A DNA stretch of 64,000 bases, taken from assembly GCA_035622275.1 (NCBI GenBank), contig DASPVQ010000020.1:2494-66493 (forward strand), given 5' to 3'. Source of the stretch: Thermoplasmata archaeon. Lineage in GTDB: Archaea; Thermoplasmatota; Thermoplasmata; Lutacidiplasmatales; UBA184. Positions 47,612 to 57,522 of the stretch are shown here, one piece after another (position 1 is the stretch's first letter; each line of letters opens with the position of its first letter). The translations under genes and the position numbers were made by a program. Under the pieces are notes generated by a model. It did no database searches. It had not been told where the DNA came from and saw only the letters and a program-made list of their open reading frames with translations.

Positions 47612-49564
47612 TCACTTGGTCGTGGGGTCGGGCAGGTAGTACCGCGACAGGAGCTCGAGGAACCTCAGGTCCCTCCTCGCCCCGGCGAACAGTGGAGAGA
47701 GGCGGATTCGCGCGAGCTGCAGCGTGTGCTCCTTGACGGCGAGGTGCATGCACTCGAAGAACCGGTCCAGGTCCCCGAGCGCGTAGTAGATGAACCCGAT
47801 GGAGTTGTGCGAGCGCGCGCTGCCCTGGTACCGCGCCTCGCTCATCCGGGCGATCACCTTCATGGCGGTGGCCCGGTCGCCCTGGACCCCGGCGAGGTAG
47901 CCTCGGCAGAGCAGCGCGTTGTCGCTCGTGGGCGCGATGCGCTCGAGCTCCCGGACGCTGCGCTCCGCCTGCTCGAGATCCCCGGTGTAGATGTAGTACT
48001 CCACGAGCCCGCGATAGGCGTTGATCGGACTCTGCTCCGCATGCCTCTTCCAGTGCGCGAGGGCGTCGTCGAGGCGACCCGAGGAGAAGTACGCGTCGCC
48101 GAGCCGGCGGATCGTCTCCGTCGAGAGGGGGTCGAGGTGGTAGGCTTCCTCCGCCTGGAGGATGTAGGACTCTCGTACGCCGAAGGTCGCCGCCATCGCC
48201 GTGAGGATCGAGTGACCCTGGGCCAGGTTCGGGTTCAGCTCGAGGGCCCGTCGCACCTCCCGGTTCAGCACGTCGGACGGCTCGTCGGCCATGAAGGCGA
48301 GCTCGCCCCGCGCGGCGTGCGCCTCGGCGAGGTCGGGGTCGACAGCGCAGGCCTTCTCGGCGGCCGCCCGGCCGAGCTTGATGGCTTCCATCCAGGGCGT
48401 GAACCCCTCGGCGCCGAGGCCGATGTAGGCGCGGGCGAGGCCGGCGTACGCCCGGGCGAAGGTCGGGTCGGTCCGGATCGACTTCTGGAAGAACGCCACC
48501 GACTGCCGCAGCGAGTCCTCGTCCTGGTGCCACATCAGCGCCGTTCCCTGGAGGTAGTCCAGGTAGGCCTCCGTCGCGGTCGGCTTCTCGAGGGTGGGAA
48601 CCGGGGCTCGGGCCTTCTCCAGGCTGCGGGGCAGCGAGGTGGCGACCTTCGTCGCGATGTCGCTCTGGACCGCGAAGATGTCGTTGAGGTCGTCATCGTA
48701 CTTCGATGTCCACAGGTGCTCCTCGGTCCCGACATCGATGACCTGGACGGTGACCCGGATCCGGTTCGCGGCGCGCCGGACGCTGCCCTCGACGATCGTG
48801 CCGACCCCGAGCTCCTTGCCGATCGTCGCGACCGACTTGTCGGTCTTCTTGTAGCCGATCACGGACGTCCGGGCGATCACCTTGAGGCCCGGGACGAGCG
48901 AGAGGTTCGCGATCAGCTCCTCCGTCATCCCGTCCGCGAAGTACTCGTCGCTGGGGTCCGGGCTGATGTTCGCGAAGGGCAGCACCGCGAGCCGGCTGGG
49001 ATCCGGAGGGCTCGAGTCCTCGGCCGCGGCGGGGTGACCATTGTCGCTCCACGGCAGCACCACCCGGTAGACGTCGATCGGCGACTGGAGCCCCTTGAGC
49101 TCCTGGGCGGGGAGCTTAGAGAACTTGTCCGGCACCTTGGTGCGGACCTGGTCGTAGACGGCCCCCGAGACGCAGATGCCGCCCGGTTCTGCGAGCGGTT
49201 CGAGGCGGGCCGCGATGTTCACCGCATCGCCGAGGATGTCCGCGCCGTTGCGCACGACGTCGCCGAGATGGACCCCGATCCGGATCCGGATCGGGGCGTG
49301 ACCGCCCTCGGAGTTCTGTTCGAAGAGGCGACGCTGGATGTTGACCGCGCACTGCACGGCCCGCAGGGCGCTGTCGAACTCGACGAGGAACCCATCGCCC
49401 GTGGACTTGATCTCGTGCCCCTGGTGGAGCGCCAAGAGCGGGCGGACCAGCTCGGCTTGCTGTCGTAACGAGTCGAGCGCCCGGCCCTCGTTGGCCTGCG
49501 TGGACGCGGTGTAGCCCACGGTGTCGGTGAACATTACGGCCGCGAGACGGCGCCCGGTCGCCAC
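47612..49564 (-). CDS. class III nucleotidyl cyclase – TolB-N-like – TPR protein
   Basis: VATGRRLAAVMFTDTVGYT (GTG start by homology with MTGTRRLAAIMFTD of 21716); KSTGDG; GDAVNIAARLE; LAVLPFANISPDPSDEYFADGMTEELI; TPRs; CTTATCTC about 25 nt upstream. Confidence 0.8.
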   Translation of the reverse strand: MATGRRLAAVMFTDTVGYTASTQANEGRALDSLRQQAELVRPLLALHQGHEIKSTGDGFLVEFDSALRAVQCAVNIQRRLFEQNSEGGHAPIRIRIGVHLGDVVRNGADILGDAVNIAARLEPLAEPGGICVSGAVYDQVRTKVPDKFSKLPAQELKGLQSPIDVYRVVLPWSDNGHPAAAEDSSPPDPSRLAVLPFANISPDPSDEYFADGMTEELIANLSLVPGLKVIARTSVIGYKKTDKSVATIGKELGVGTIVEGSVRRAANRIRVTVQVIDVGTEEHLWTSKYDDDLNDIFAVQSDIATKVATSLPRSLEKARAPVPTLEKPTATEAYLDYLQGTALMWHQDEDSLRQSVAFFQKSIRTDPTFARAYAGLARAYIGLGAEGFTPWMEAIKLGRAAAEKACAVDPDLAEAHAARGELAFMADEPSDVLNREVRRALELNPNLAQGHSILTAMAATFGVRESYILQAEEAYHLDPLSTETIRRLGDAYFSSGRLDDALAHWKRHAEQSPINAYRGLVEYYIYTGDLEQAERSVRELERIAPTSDNALLCRGYLAGVQGDRATAMKVIARMSEARYQGSARSHNSIGFIYYALGDLDRFFECMHLAVKEHTLQLARIRLSPLFAGARRDLRFLELLSRYYLPDPTTK

Positions 49565-49729
49565 GTGAATTGGATGACATCCATGAGATAAGGGTGCGGT
49601 CATCGCTCGCCGCCGCCCCTCGCCCGAGCGAGGGCGGCCGCCGGGCCGCGGAGGGCGGTCCGAGCGCTCGGCCGCGCCGGCGCGAACAAGTAGGTCCGTG
49701 CGGTATACGGTTCGCGGAGGCGCGCGACG

Positions 49730-50191
49730 ATGGTGTATGTGAAGGACGAAGGGAGCCTGTTCGACGCGCCGATCGACTTCGTCTGGAAGTACATCTTCGG
49801 CGGAGCGGACCACGATTCGGCCCACACGACGACCCGGAGCCCGACGTTCGGCAAGGTGTCGGAGATCACCTTCACGTATGGCTCGGAGCGGCACCTACGT
49901 GGCGTGTGGGCGCCGGATAAGCTGCGCATCTCCATGTTCCCGCCGGTGGCCGTCGCGACCGAATGGCTGGAGGGGGTCCTGGCGGACTCGAAGCTGGTGT
50001 ACGTGTACTCGCCCGCGGGCGACCAGACTCGCATCGATGTCTACGGTGACTTCCGGTCGAAGACGCTGCCCGCATCCGAGGTCGAGGCCGCCGCCCGCGA
50101 GTTCCTCGAGACGGAATTCCGGGACGACGCCTCCGCGATCCGAAGAGCGTACGCCAAGGAAATGGGTTCCACCGGGACACGCGACGGGTGA
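49730..50191 (+). CDS. small SRPBCC-like protein, paralog A
   Basis: MVYVKDEGSLFDAPIDFVWKYIFGG...; divergent from cyclase 47612..49564; paralog at 63410..63850. Confidence 0.55.
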   Translation: MVYVKDEGSLFDAPIDFVWKYIFGGADHDSAHTTTRSPTFGKVSEITFTYGSERHLRGVWAPDKLRISMFPPVAVATEWLEGVLADSKLVYVYSPAGDQTRIDVYGDFRSKTLPASEVEAAAREFLETEFRDDASAIRRAYAKEMGSTGTRDG

Positions 50192-50587
50192 CCGGCGTCG
50201 GGCCGCGCCCACGCCGCGGCCAGCCCTCCGAGAGTCGGCAGCTCGCGGGAGCGAAGGCGACCGGCCGCTCGGCCGGACTCGGCGGGTGGGACTTCTTGGC
50301 CATCCGCCTCCCCAGGATCGGGTTCGCCGACACCGCGGAGGGTCCCTCCCGGCGCGGCTCCGACGCGGTCGGGCAGCGCCGCTAGGAACCGCCGCACGGC
50401 CCCTCACGCCGCGGCGACCGGGCGAGTAGCGCCTGATCTCGCCAGGTGGTTTGGCGCCACGCCGTAACCTAGCGGTTGAACTCGTCGACCTTGTCGCCGC
50501 CGGGCAAAGGACCGAGCGCGGAGGGACGGGTCACGCGCGCCCCCGACCGTTATCTTCCGACGGCGCTGCGCCAGGCAGGGCGGGCGA

Positions 50588-51046
50588 GTGACGGACGCGA
50601 AGGGAAGCATCCTGCACCAGCAGGCGCTCACGGTGATGGGGTTCTTCACGGGCCTCGTCCTGACCTCTCTGGTCCTGATCCTCGACTCGCCCGGTCCGTT
50701 CCATGCGCCGATCGGCGACCTTTCGGGCCAGCAGTACTTCGAGCTCGTGACCACGTACGTGGCGGCCGTGGGCGCCCTTAGCAGCGTCGGGATGATCGCG
50801 TTCCTCGAGGTAGCGGGCGGTCTCGCTCCAACCTTCAGCTTCGTCGACCGCCTCGCCACGAGCCTATTCTTTCTCAGCGTCTTCGGTTTCATGGGGATCC
50901 TCCCGCTCCTCCTGGCCCCGTTCACTCACGCGGGCGCCGCGGCGATCCTCGCCCTCGAAGCCGTGTTGCTCGCGGTCTACTTCGTCGGCCGCGTGATCGC
51001 GCGCGACCGACGTGGCGTCCCCGACCAGGGACCCGTGGGCCGGTAG
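50588..51046 (+). CDS. hypothetical membrane protein (four TM)
   Basis: GTG start; four hydrophobic helices. Confidence 0.45.
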   Translation: MTDAKGSILHQQALTVMGFFTGLVLTSLVLILDSPGPFHAPIGDLSGQQYFELVTTYVAAVGALSSVGMIAFLEVAGGLAPTFSFVDRLATSLFFLSVFGFMGILPLLLAPFTHAGAAAILALEAVLLAVYFVGRVIARDRRGVPDQGPVGR

Positions 51047-51117
51047 GTGGCCTCGGGAGGAACTCCCTCGGCCGATGGGTCCATACGACCGAGCTCCCGT
51101 AGCTCCAACGGGTTCTC

Positions 51118-52152
51118 GTGCGGAATCTCTGGCCCATCTTTTTCCTGGCGGCCCTGACGCCATGCGTCGAGTTCTTGACCGGCTCCACTTCGTTCCTGGG
51201 GCTGTTCGCCGCACTGCCGATGTCGGCGATCCCCTTCGTCGCGATCACGCTGCCCGGTTACATTTTCCCCGTCCTGCTGATCCGGGACGCGCTCGTCGCG
51301 TGGTCCAAGGGATGGGCCTCGTTGCTCGGCCTCGGCATCGCCTACGGGGCCGTGAACGAAGGCCTCCTCGCCAAGACCTACTTCGTAGTGAACCCGCTCT
51401 CCCCGCCGCTCGGACCCGGGGGTGGGCTGGGCCGGTGGCTTGGCGTGAACTGGCCTTGGGTGACCGAGATCTCGCTCTTCCACATGGTCGTCAGCATCTC
51501 GGTGCCGGTCGTGCTCGGCTTCCTGATCTTCCCCGAGACCCGCGCGGTGCGTTTCTTGAGCCGCGGCGCGATCCGGTGGATGATTGCCTTCCTGCTCGTA
51601 GAGATCACCGCGATCATCGCGCTCCAGTCGATCGTGGGCGACTATCGCAGTCTGCTGCCCCTTTACCCGCTCCCGATCGCGGTCGTCCTGGGCGGGATCT
51701 ATCTCGCGCGCCGGATGCCGCGGCCCGATTCGCGCCGGACTCTCGAGGGAGGCTTCGGCCGCCCCGTGCCCCTCGGGCTGGCGGGGCTGGGGTTCTTTGT
51801 GGTCATGTTCCTCCCGATCCTCGGATTCTTCCCCATCGCGTTCGTCGCGACCCCGGTGCTCGCGGACGGACTCTACCGACTGGGCGCGGCCTCGGGGGTG
51901 GTCGCAGCGGTCTATCCGCTCGCTTGCGCCGGCCTCGCGATGCGTTTCTTCTCGCGGTACACCCTCGGGGACGTCCAGCTGCTCGCGCTTGTCACCGGTG
52001 TGATGATCGTGCCGATGGCCCACGCAGTCTCGACGCTCGACTTCGCGGTAGGCGCCCCGGTCGCGGCCGCGCTCTACCTGGCGGCGATCCTGCTCGCGCG
52101 AAGCCGGATCCTGAAGCGCGCGGAGTCGCCGACGACTTCCGCGGCGGTCTGA
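51118..52152 (+). CDS. hypothetical polytopic membrane protein (about 9–10 TM)
   Basis: 344 aa, extensively hydrophobic, with protein-like loop composition. Confidence 0.6.
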   Translation: MRNLWPIFFLAALTPCVEFLTGSTSFLGLFAALPMSAIPFVAITLPGYIFPVLLIRDALVAWSKGWASLLGLGIAYGAVNEGLLAKTYFVVNPLSPPLGPGGGLGRWLGVNWPWVTEISLFHMVVSISVPVVLGFLIFPETRAVRFLSRGAIRWMIAFLLVEITAIIALQSIVGDYRSLLPLYPLPIAVVLGGIYLARRMPRPDSRRTLEGGFGRPVPLGLAGLGFFVVMFLPILGFFPIAFVATPVLADGLYRLGAASGVVAAVYPLACAGLAMRFFSRYTLGDVQLLALVTGVMIVPMAHAVSTLDFAVGAPVAAALYLAAILLARSRILKRAESPTTSAAV

Positions 52153-52158
52153 AGGACC

Positions 52159-52596
52159 TCAGCCCCGCAGATAGGTCTGGTCCTCGGCGTCGATCGTCTC
52201 GAGGACGCGCTTGAGGACAGTGCCTTGCGGCAGGAAAAACGGCACGACCGTGATCCGCAGCTCCCCACGGGACTGGATCCGGGTACCTCCCGCGGCCTCC
52301 GAGTAGGTGTTCTCCATCCAGGAGCCGAGTGCATAGGGTCCCGTCCCCGCCACGATCTCCCATCGAAGCATATCCGGCGGTCGCGCGGTGTATCGCCACT
52401 GGGACGACAGCAGCCGTCCCCGGGCGTCGATCGAGCGCTCGAGCGTCGTGGACGCGCCGGTCTGTCCGATCGTTCGTTGCTGTCGGATGAGGGGGTGGAT
52501 GCGCGAGATTCGCGTGTCGTCCGTGTGGTCGCGCAGCAGTTGCCAGACGCGATCTCGGGGGAACGGAAACACTTCGTCGTGCTCGTATCGAACCAT
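52159..52596 (-). CDS. SRPBCC (polyketide cyclase/dehydrase-like) family protein
   Basis: MVRYEHDEVFPFPRDRVWQLLRDH...; internal ATG. Confidence 0.55.
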   Translation of the reverse strand: MVRYEHDEVFPFPRDRVWQLLRDHTDDTRISRIHPLIRQQRTIGQTGASTTLERSIDARGRLLSSQWRYTARPPDMLRWEIVAGTGPYALGSWMENTYSEAAGGTRIQSRGELRITVVPFFLPQGTVLKRVLETIDAEDQTYLRG

Positions 52597-52695
52597 GCGC
52601 CCGACCGGCGAGATCCGGAGCGTACATAATGAACGCACGCTCGCGCGGCAACCGATCCGGGCAAGGCCGGTCACCGACGAGTTGGGACCGATCGA

Positions 52696-53160
52696 CTACC
52701 GTCGCACGACGAACTCGACCCGACACTGGGCCCAGGCTCTCCGGTTCGTCCAAGGGCTACCGAGGTACACCTCGCGGACCGCCCCCACGGATCGAATCGT
52801 GCCGTCCTTTCGACGGGCGCGGGTCCAATCGATCAGCCCGTGGTAGACGAGGCGCGGCGAGATCCGCTCGGGGTCGAACGTGACGGTAGCTACCCACTCG
52901 GACGGCAGGGTTCGCAGACGGATCCGCCCGTCGGAGGCGGGGTGTCCCCCGATCTCGAGACACGCCTCCCAGCGGTGGCGGCCGCGGTCGACGAAGATCC
53001 AGCGGCCGGTGCGCAGATGGTGGTGCGCTGCCCAGCGGACGAGCTCCGCGAACTCGGTCCGAAGATTGTCCTCCTTCCACCGCCCGATCCGGACGATCGA
53101 AGCGACGCGGCGGCGGCGAGCTCGCGCCAGAGAGAAATCCACCCGACAGGACCTCTTCAT
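52696..53160 (-). CDS. hypothetical small protein (possibly GyrI-like effector-binding fold)
   Basis: Weak; divergent from the HTH_10 regulator with start codons sharing a CATG. Confidence 0.3.
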   Translation of the reverse strand: MKRSCRVDFSLARARRRRVASIVRIGRWKEDNLRTEFAELVRWAAHHHLRTGRWIFVDRGRHRWEACLEIGGHPASDGRIRLRTLPSEWVATVTFDPERISPRLVYHGLIDWTRARRKDGTIRSVGAVREVYLGSPWTNRRAWAQCRVEFVVRR

Positions 53161-54037
53161 GGGGTCGCGGACCGTGGAGGCATGCCCGGCGCGGGAGATA
53201 GGCTTGGAGCCGTCCGTGGGCGGCTGCACGCAGTTATCCGCGGACGACGATCGCGCTGTCGTGGCCGTCGTGGACGCTCGCGTCCGGGTGCATCACCCCT
53301 GTCCGTACTGCGACCTCTCCGGGGAGTTCCCGCGCACGCTCCTGCTGCTATGGTGCGACAACCGTCGCGATGTCTTCGTCGCGTCCTCTCCTGACGAGGG
53401 AGAGCTACGTCGCGTGGTGCGGGCGTTTCGGGCCTCCTTTCGTGCCCGAACGCTGCTCGAGAGCGGCAAGGACGCCGTGGTGAGCCTGGCAGAGTTCGAG
53501 TGGGCCGACCCGCCCTCGGTGACCGGCATCGCCCGGAAATCCGGGGTCTGGGTCCTGCACCCGGTCGTCTACTTCGGAGGCACCGAGACCTACCGGCTCG
53601 TCTCTCCCTCGAGTTCGCGCCTGAACGCGTTCCTGCAGCGGGTGCGGCGGCTCGGCGACCTCGAACTCCTCTCGGTCTCCACCCGGGCCGACATCGGTGA
53701 TGTGCGGGACCTACCGGCGGCCGCGGTGCACTTCTTCGAGGGTCTCACGGACCGACAAGCTCGGTCGCTGGTCGCCGCGTTCGAGGGCGGTCTGTTCGAT
53801 GTGCCCGCCCGGTCGAGTTGGGACGCGGTCGCCCGGAACGAGGGCCTGTCGTGGTCCACTTTCGGAGAGCACCTGCGAAAAGCCCAGCTCCGACTGCTGG
53901 CCAACAGCTACTCGGCCCTGAAGGCGCGCAGCGGTCGTGCGGAGACCCCGGTCCTGCTGCCGCGGATCGGGTCCCGTCGCCCGAGTCGTAGAGCCCCGTT
54001 GCGGGGAACGCGCTCGACCGGAGCCCCGGACGGCTAG
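53159..54037 (+). CDS. HTH_10 (bacterio-opsin activator-type) family transcriptional regulator
   Basis: C-terminal LTDRQARSLVAAFEGGLFDVPARSSWDAVARNEGLSWSTFGEHLRKAQLRLL is a near-consensus HTH_10 motif, a largely archaeal family. Confidence 0.55.
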   Translation: MGSRTVEACPAREIGLEPSVGGCTQLSADDDRAVVAVVDARVRVHHPCPYCDLSGEFPRTLLLLWCDNRRDVFVASSPDEGELRRVVRAFRASFRARTLLESGKDAVVSLAEFEWADPPSVTGIARKSGVWVLHPVVYFGGTETYRLVSPSSSRLNAFLQRVRRLGDLELLSVSTRADIGDVRDLPAAAVHFFEGLTDRQARSLVAAFEGGLFDVPARSSWDAVARNEGLSWSTFGEHLRKAQLRLLANSYSALKARSGRAETPVLLPRIGSRRPSRRAPLRGTRSTGAPDG

Positions 54038-54756
54038 GAGACGGATCGACGGGATCCGGCTCGGCGGGCGCCGAACAGACCCAGCCCTTCGCGCCGGCTG
54101 GGTTCGGAGTTCCCCCGTCGCGCCCAACGGGCCAGCGCGGGGCACAGATTCCCTCCCGGGCCGTGATCGATGATCACGACGGCGTGCGGACCGAGGAGGG
54201 GATCGAGCCGCTCCAGCTCGCGAAACGTGGCGCCGCATTCGTGGGGGACATCGTACACGAAGAGACCGATGCTCGGTAGCTGCTCGGCCAGCAGCGGAAG
54301 CACGTCCGCCTTGTCGCCGAGGCGCAGGTCCCAGCCCCGGCGAAGCCGGGGGGGAACGGCCCATCCGGTCGCCCGCCCTGGCGGCAGGCTCCACGAGAAG
54401 CGGGTCCGCTTCCGGTGCGCGCGGGACGGGGCTTCGTGCGAGGGCAGATCGACGGAATGGAGGCGGCCGGAGCCGTTGCGTTCGAGGGCGCCCAGCAGGT
54501 AGGCCGACGACACTCCGGAGGAGACACCGACCTCCACCACGTGGTCCGGCTGCATCAGCCGCACGAGCGCGTAGAGCTCCAGCGGGGCGTCAATCTCGAT
54601 GTAGGACTCCCGGCCCTCGCGTGCGTGCTGGCGGGCGAGGTAGGAGTAGATTCGCGTTTCGTTCCGGGCCTCCGCGATGGCAGAGTCTGCCTCCGCTGCG
54701 GATCTATCGGAAAGTCGCGCGACCCATCCGCCGTCGGGATCTATCTCGGGCTGCAT
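54034..54756 (-). CDS. class I SAM-dependent methyltransferase (O-MT/FkbM-like)
   Basis: VVEVGVSSGVSSAYLL motif I; acidic DVPH, VIIDHG. Confidence 0.65.
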   Translation of the reverse strand: MQPEIDPDGGWVARLSDRSAAEADSAIAEARNETRIYSYLARQHAREGRESYIEIDAPLELYALVRLMQPDHVVEVGVSSGVSSAYLLGALERNGSGRLHSVDLPSHEAPSRAHRKRTRFSWSLPPGRATGWAVPPRLRRGWDLRLGDKADVLPLLAEQLPSIGLFVYDVPHECGATFRELERLDPLLGPHAVVIIDHGPGGNLCPALARWARRGNSEPSRREGLGLFGARRAGSRRSVS

Positions 54757-54769
54757 GGCCGGAGCATCC

Positions 54770-55213
54770 TCACGGCCCCTCGAGGTCGGACAGGTCGCCG
54801 ATCCACTCCCTCGCGGTCTCGATCCCGGGGCGGGCGGACCGTATGCGCGCGAAGGCCGCGTCGAGCGTTATCCCCTCCGTCCGATGCAGGTACCACGCCG
54901 CCGCCAGCGGCGACCGGCGAATGCCGTGCCCGCAGAAGACGAGCACCGGGCGCCGATCGGAGCGCGCCGCGCCGATCGCGACCGCGAGTCGGTCGAGGTT
55001 CCGAAGGATCGCGCGGTCCGACGCGGCATCGTAGATCGGGATGTGCTCAGTGGACGACAGGTCCTCGGGCGCCTCGTCGAGCACACAGAACTTCACGCCC
55101 GGGAATCCGCTGGCGTCCTTTCGGCCACCCACGAACAGGCCAGGACCTACCTCCGACGGACCGGATCGCTTCGCGCTGGGCTTCGCCGTGGCCGATGTCT
55201 TCGCTGACCCCAT
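54770..55213 (-). CDS. dual-specificity protein phosphatase (CX5R)
   Basis: VLVFCGHGIRRSPLAAAWYL contains the C-x5-R P-loop; 14 nt upstream of the methyltransferase on the same strand. Confidence 0.7.
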   Translation of the reverse strand: MGSAKTSATAKPSAKRSGPSEVGPGLFVGGRKDASGFPGVKFCVLDEAPEDLSSTEHIPIYDAASDRAILRNLDRLAVAIGAARSDRRPVLVFCGHGIRRSPLAAAWYLHRTEGITLDAAFARIRSARPGIETAREWIGDLSDLEGP

Positions 55214-55286
55214 GAGACCACCGGTGCTCAGGATGGTGCCGAGGCGCTTGTCTCTTGAGCCGCCCCCGGGCGGTCAGTGCGCGACG

Positions 55287-55301
55287 GTCACGGTCCGTGA
55301 C
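55287..55301. promoter_or_regulatory. perfect inverted repeat gtcacggTccgtgac upstream of the phosphatase–methyltransferase gene pair
   Basis: Seven-nt arms with a one-nt spacer, about 75–90 nt upstream of the start at 55213, in an unusually long (419 nt) GC-rich gap. Confidence 0.25.
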
Positions 55302-55631
55302 GTTGGCGGGGGCGATTCCCGCCAAGGGGCGAGCATGCCTTTGGCGGAGCCCACCTGCTCCGGCCCCCATCGAATCAGGCGGAGTGTCAAAGCACTTCGG
55401 GCCGTCCTCCCGATGCGGCTGGCGGAGCATCTTGATCCGCCCACCGCACGACGGCGAGCCCGGCCGGACACGAACGGCCGCATCCGGCCGATCAGGATCG
55501 TCCGCCCGCGGAGGCCGGTCGCGAGCGAAGCTCGGACCATGAGGACTCCGGTCGGGTCGCGAGCCGCGGGTCCGGGGTCGCCGGCCCCGATCGACCCCGG
55601 ACCCACCGCGGTGCCCCGATGGCGCGGACCG

Positions 55632-56369
55632 TCACTTCCAGCGAGTGAGGATCGTCTCGCGGTCGAAGAGACGCCGTCCCAAGGAAAACAACAGCAGCCC
55701 GATCACGGCGAGGATCCCCGCGAGGAGAAGCGAGTTCCGGGCGTCGAGCGGGAAGACCTGGATCTCGGCCGCGACGTAAAGGATGATGAGGGGAAGGAAC
55801 AGGACCCCCGACATCTGCTGGGCCGATCGTACGTCCTGGACCCGGGACGAGATCGCGACCGACCCCTCGATCGCCACAATGGCGACCAGCGGCGCGAGGA
55901 CGAAGACCTGGGCCACGATCGTGAGGTTGGGATAGTAGTAGTACCCCAGGGGACCGCGGGTGATCGCGTCGATGAGCCCCATGTACGCGGCCGCGCCGGC
56001 CCAGATCGCGATCATCGACGGCAGCCACGCGGCCAGGACCTTTCCGAGGAGGATCTCCCCGTCCGTGCTCGGTGTGGCCAGCAGCGGCTCGAGACTTTTC
56101 TCGACCTTCTCGCCGACGATGCTGTAGGCGGAGATCGACGTCGGCAGCATCGCCCCACCGATCACGAACCAAAAGCTGAACGCGTCCACGAACGAGATGA
56201 TGGTCGCCGAACCCACCGGCGGGCTCTGGACCGCGATGACGTGGACGAGCGCCGGAAACCCGAGCGCCACGCCCACGGGCAGGGCGATAAGCGCGGCGAA
56301 GATCGACCGTCGTCGCCGAATGAGCGTGAGGTCGTGTCGGGTGATCGCCCAGGCCTGGGACAGTCTCAT
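55632..56369 (-). CDS. ABC-2 family transporter permease
   Basis: Six TM helices; 4-nt ATGA overlap with the upstream ATPase. Confidence 0.75.
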   Translation of the reverse strand: MRLSQAWAITRHDLTLIRRRRSIFAALIALPVGVALGFPALVHVIAVQSPPVGSATIISFVDAFSFWFVIGGAMLPTSISAYSIVGEKVEKSLEPLLATPSTDGEILLGKVLAAWLPSMIAIWAGAAAYMGLIDAITRGPLGYYYYPNLTIVAQVFVLAPLVAIVAIEGSVAISSRVQDVRSAQQMSGVLFLPLIILYVAAEIQVFPLDARNSLLLAGILAVIGLLLFSLGRRLFDRETILTRWK

Positions 56370-57298
56370 GTGGCGGGCTCCGACTCGCGGACCAGCCGGA
56401 GGTAGACGTCCTCGAGCGACGCCGATACCTGGGTGAGCTCGATCAGGTTGCCCCCGGCCGCGACCACGGTCTGCGCGAGCACCGGGTTCTCCGAGTCCGG
56501 GTCCTGGACCGACAGGATCATCGTGTCGCCGTCCACCTCGAGAGCGCGGCCGGGGAATCGAGCGCGCACGGCCGCGAGGATCGCTTCGGACAGCGGCGCC
56601 ATGCGAACCTTCGTGCGGCCCCCCCAGATCTGGGACTTGAGCTCGGAAGGGGACCCCACGCTCAGGAGCTGCGTGCGCAGGATCCCGACACGGTCGCAGA
56701 TCCGCTCCGCCTCGTCCAGGTGGTGGGTGTTGAGGAAGATCGTGCGCCGCTCCTTCTTCAGTTCGAGGATGAAGTCGCGGACGGTCTTCGCGGCCTCCGG
56801 GTCGAGGTTCGCGGTGGGCTCATCGAGAAACAGGAGCCGGGGGTCGTGCACCAGGGCGCGGGCGATCGCCACCTTCTGCTTCATCCCCTTCGAGAAGGTC
56901 GCCACGGGGGCGTCTCGCCGCTCCCACAGCTCGAGCATCCGCAGCAGGCGCTCGATGTTCTCCCGCATCCGGCCCGGATCGACGCGGTAGAGTCGGGCGA
57001 AGTACGAGAGGTTCTCGTAGGCGCTCATGCCCTCGTAGAGGCCGACGTTCTCCGTCAGCAGACCGATCTGCGAGCGAAGTCGGAGTTCGTCGGCCGGATC
57101 CCCGAGGGAGCATCCGGCGACCTGGCCCGAGCCGCGGGTCTTCGAGATGAGGCTGGACAGCATCCGGACCGTGGTCGTCTTGCCCGCCCCGTTCGGTCCG
57201 AGAAAGCCAAAGACCTCCCCTTCGTGGATGTCGAGGTTCAGGTTCTCGACGGCCGTCACGCTCCCGAACTGCTTGGTGAGTCCTTCGGTGTGGATCAC
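56366..57298 (-). CDS. ABC transporter ATP-binding protein
   Basis: Walker A GPNGAGKTT, signature FSKGMKQKVAIARAL, Walker B LLFLDEPT. Confidence 0.85.
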   Translation of the reverse strand: MIHTEGLTKQFGSVTAVENLNLDIHEGEVFGFLGPNGAGKTTTVRMLSSLISKTRGSGQVAGCSLGDPADELRLRSQIGLLTENVGLYEGMSAYENLSYFARLYRVDPGRMRENIERLLRMLELWERRDAPVATFSKGMKQKVAIARALVHDPRLLFLDEPTANLDPEAAKTVRDFILELKKERRTIFLNTHHLDEAERICDRVGILRTQLLSVGSPSELKSQIWGGRTKVRMAPLSEAILAAVRARFPGRALEVDGDTMILSVQDPDSENPVLAQTVVAAGGNLIELTQVSASLEDVYLRLVRESEPAT

Positions 57299-57522
57299 GA
57301 CGCCCGCCTCGAACGGTCGACTCCCCTGACCCCCTAAATCTCTTCGTGGCGCCGCCTTGCGCCCGGCCCCGGTACGACCACTGCGCCCGAGTCCTTACGG
57401 GGCAGGGCCGTTCGCCGGTCGATGTCGGAGAACCGTGCGTCGCGCCCCCCCGGGACGGCCGCAGGGTCAACTCCGATCTCCGCCGGGCACCTGAAGGGAG
57501 GAGGCGGGGAGGCCCGTCCTCG

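Noticed and set aside
47282-49468. 728-aa plus-strand ORF antisense to cyclase 47612..49564
   Set aside because: Low-complexity R/G/E-rich composition; the minus strand carries an intact cyclase/TPR protein with a properly spaced TATA box.
55214-55631. Hidden gene in the 419-nt gap (ORFs 55255..55542, 55274..55606)
   Set aside because: Both ORFs are R/G/P-rich and look spurious. I retained only the palindrome as a candidate regulatory site.
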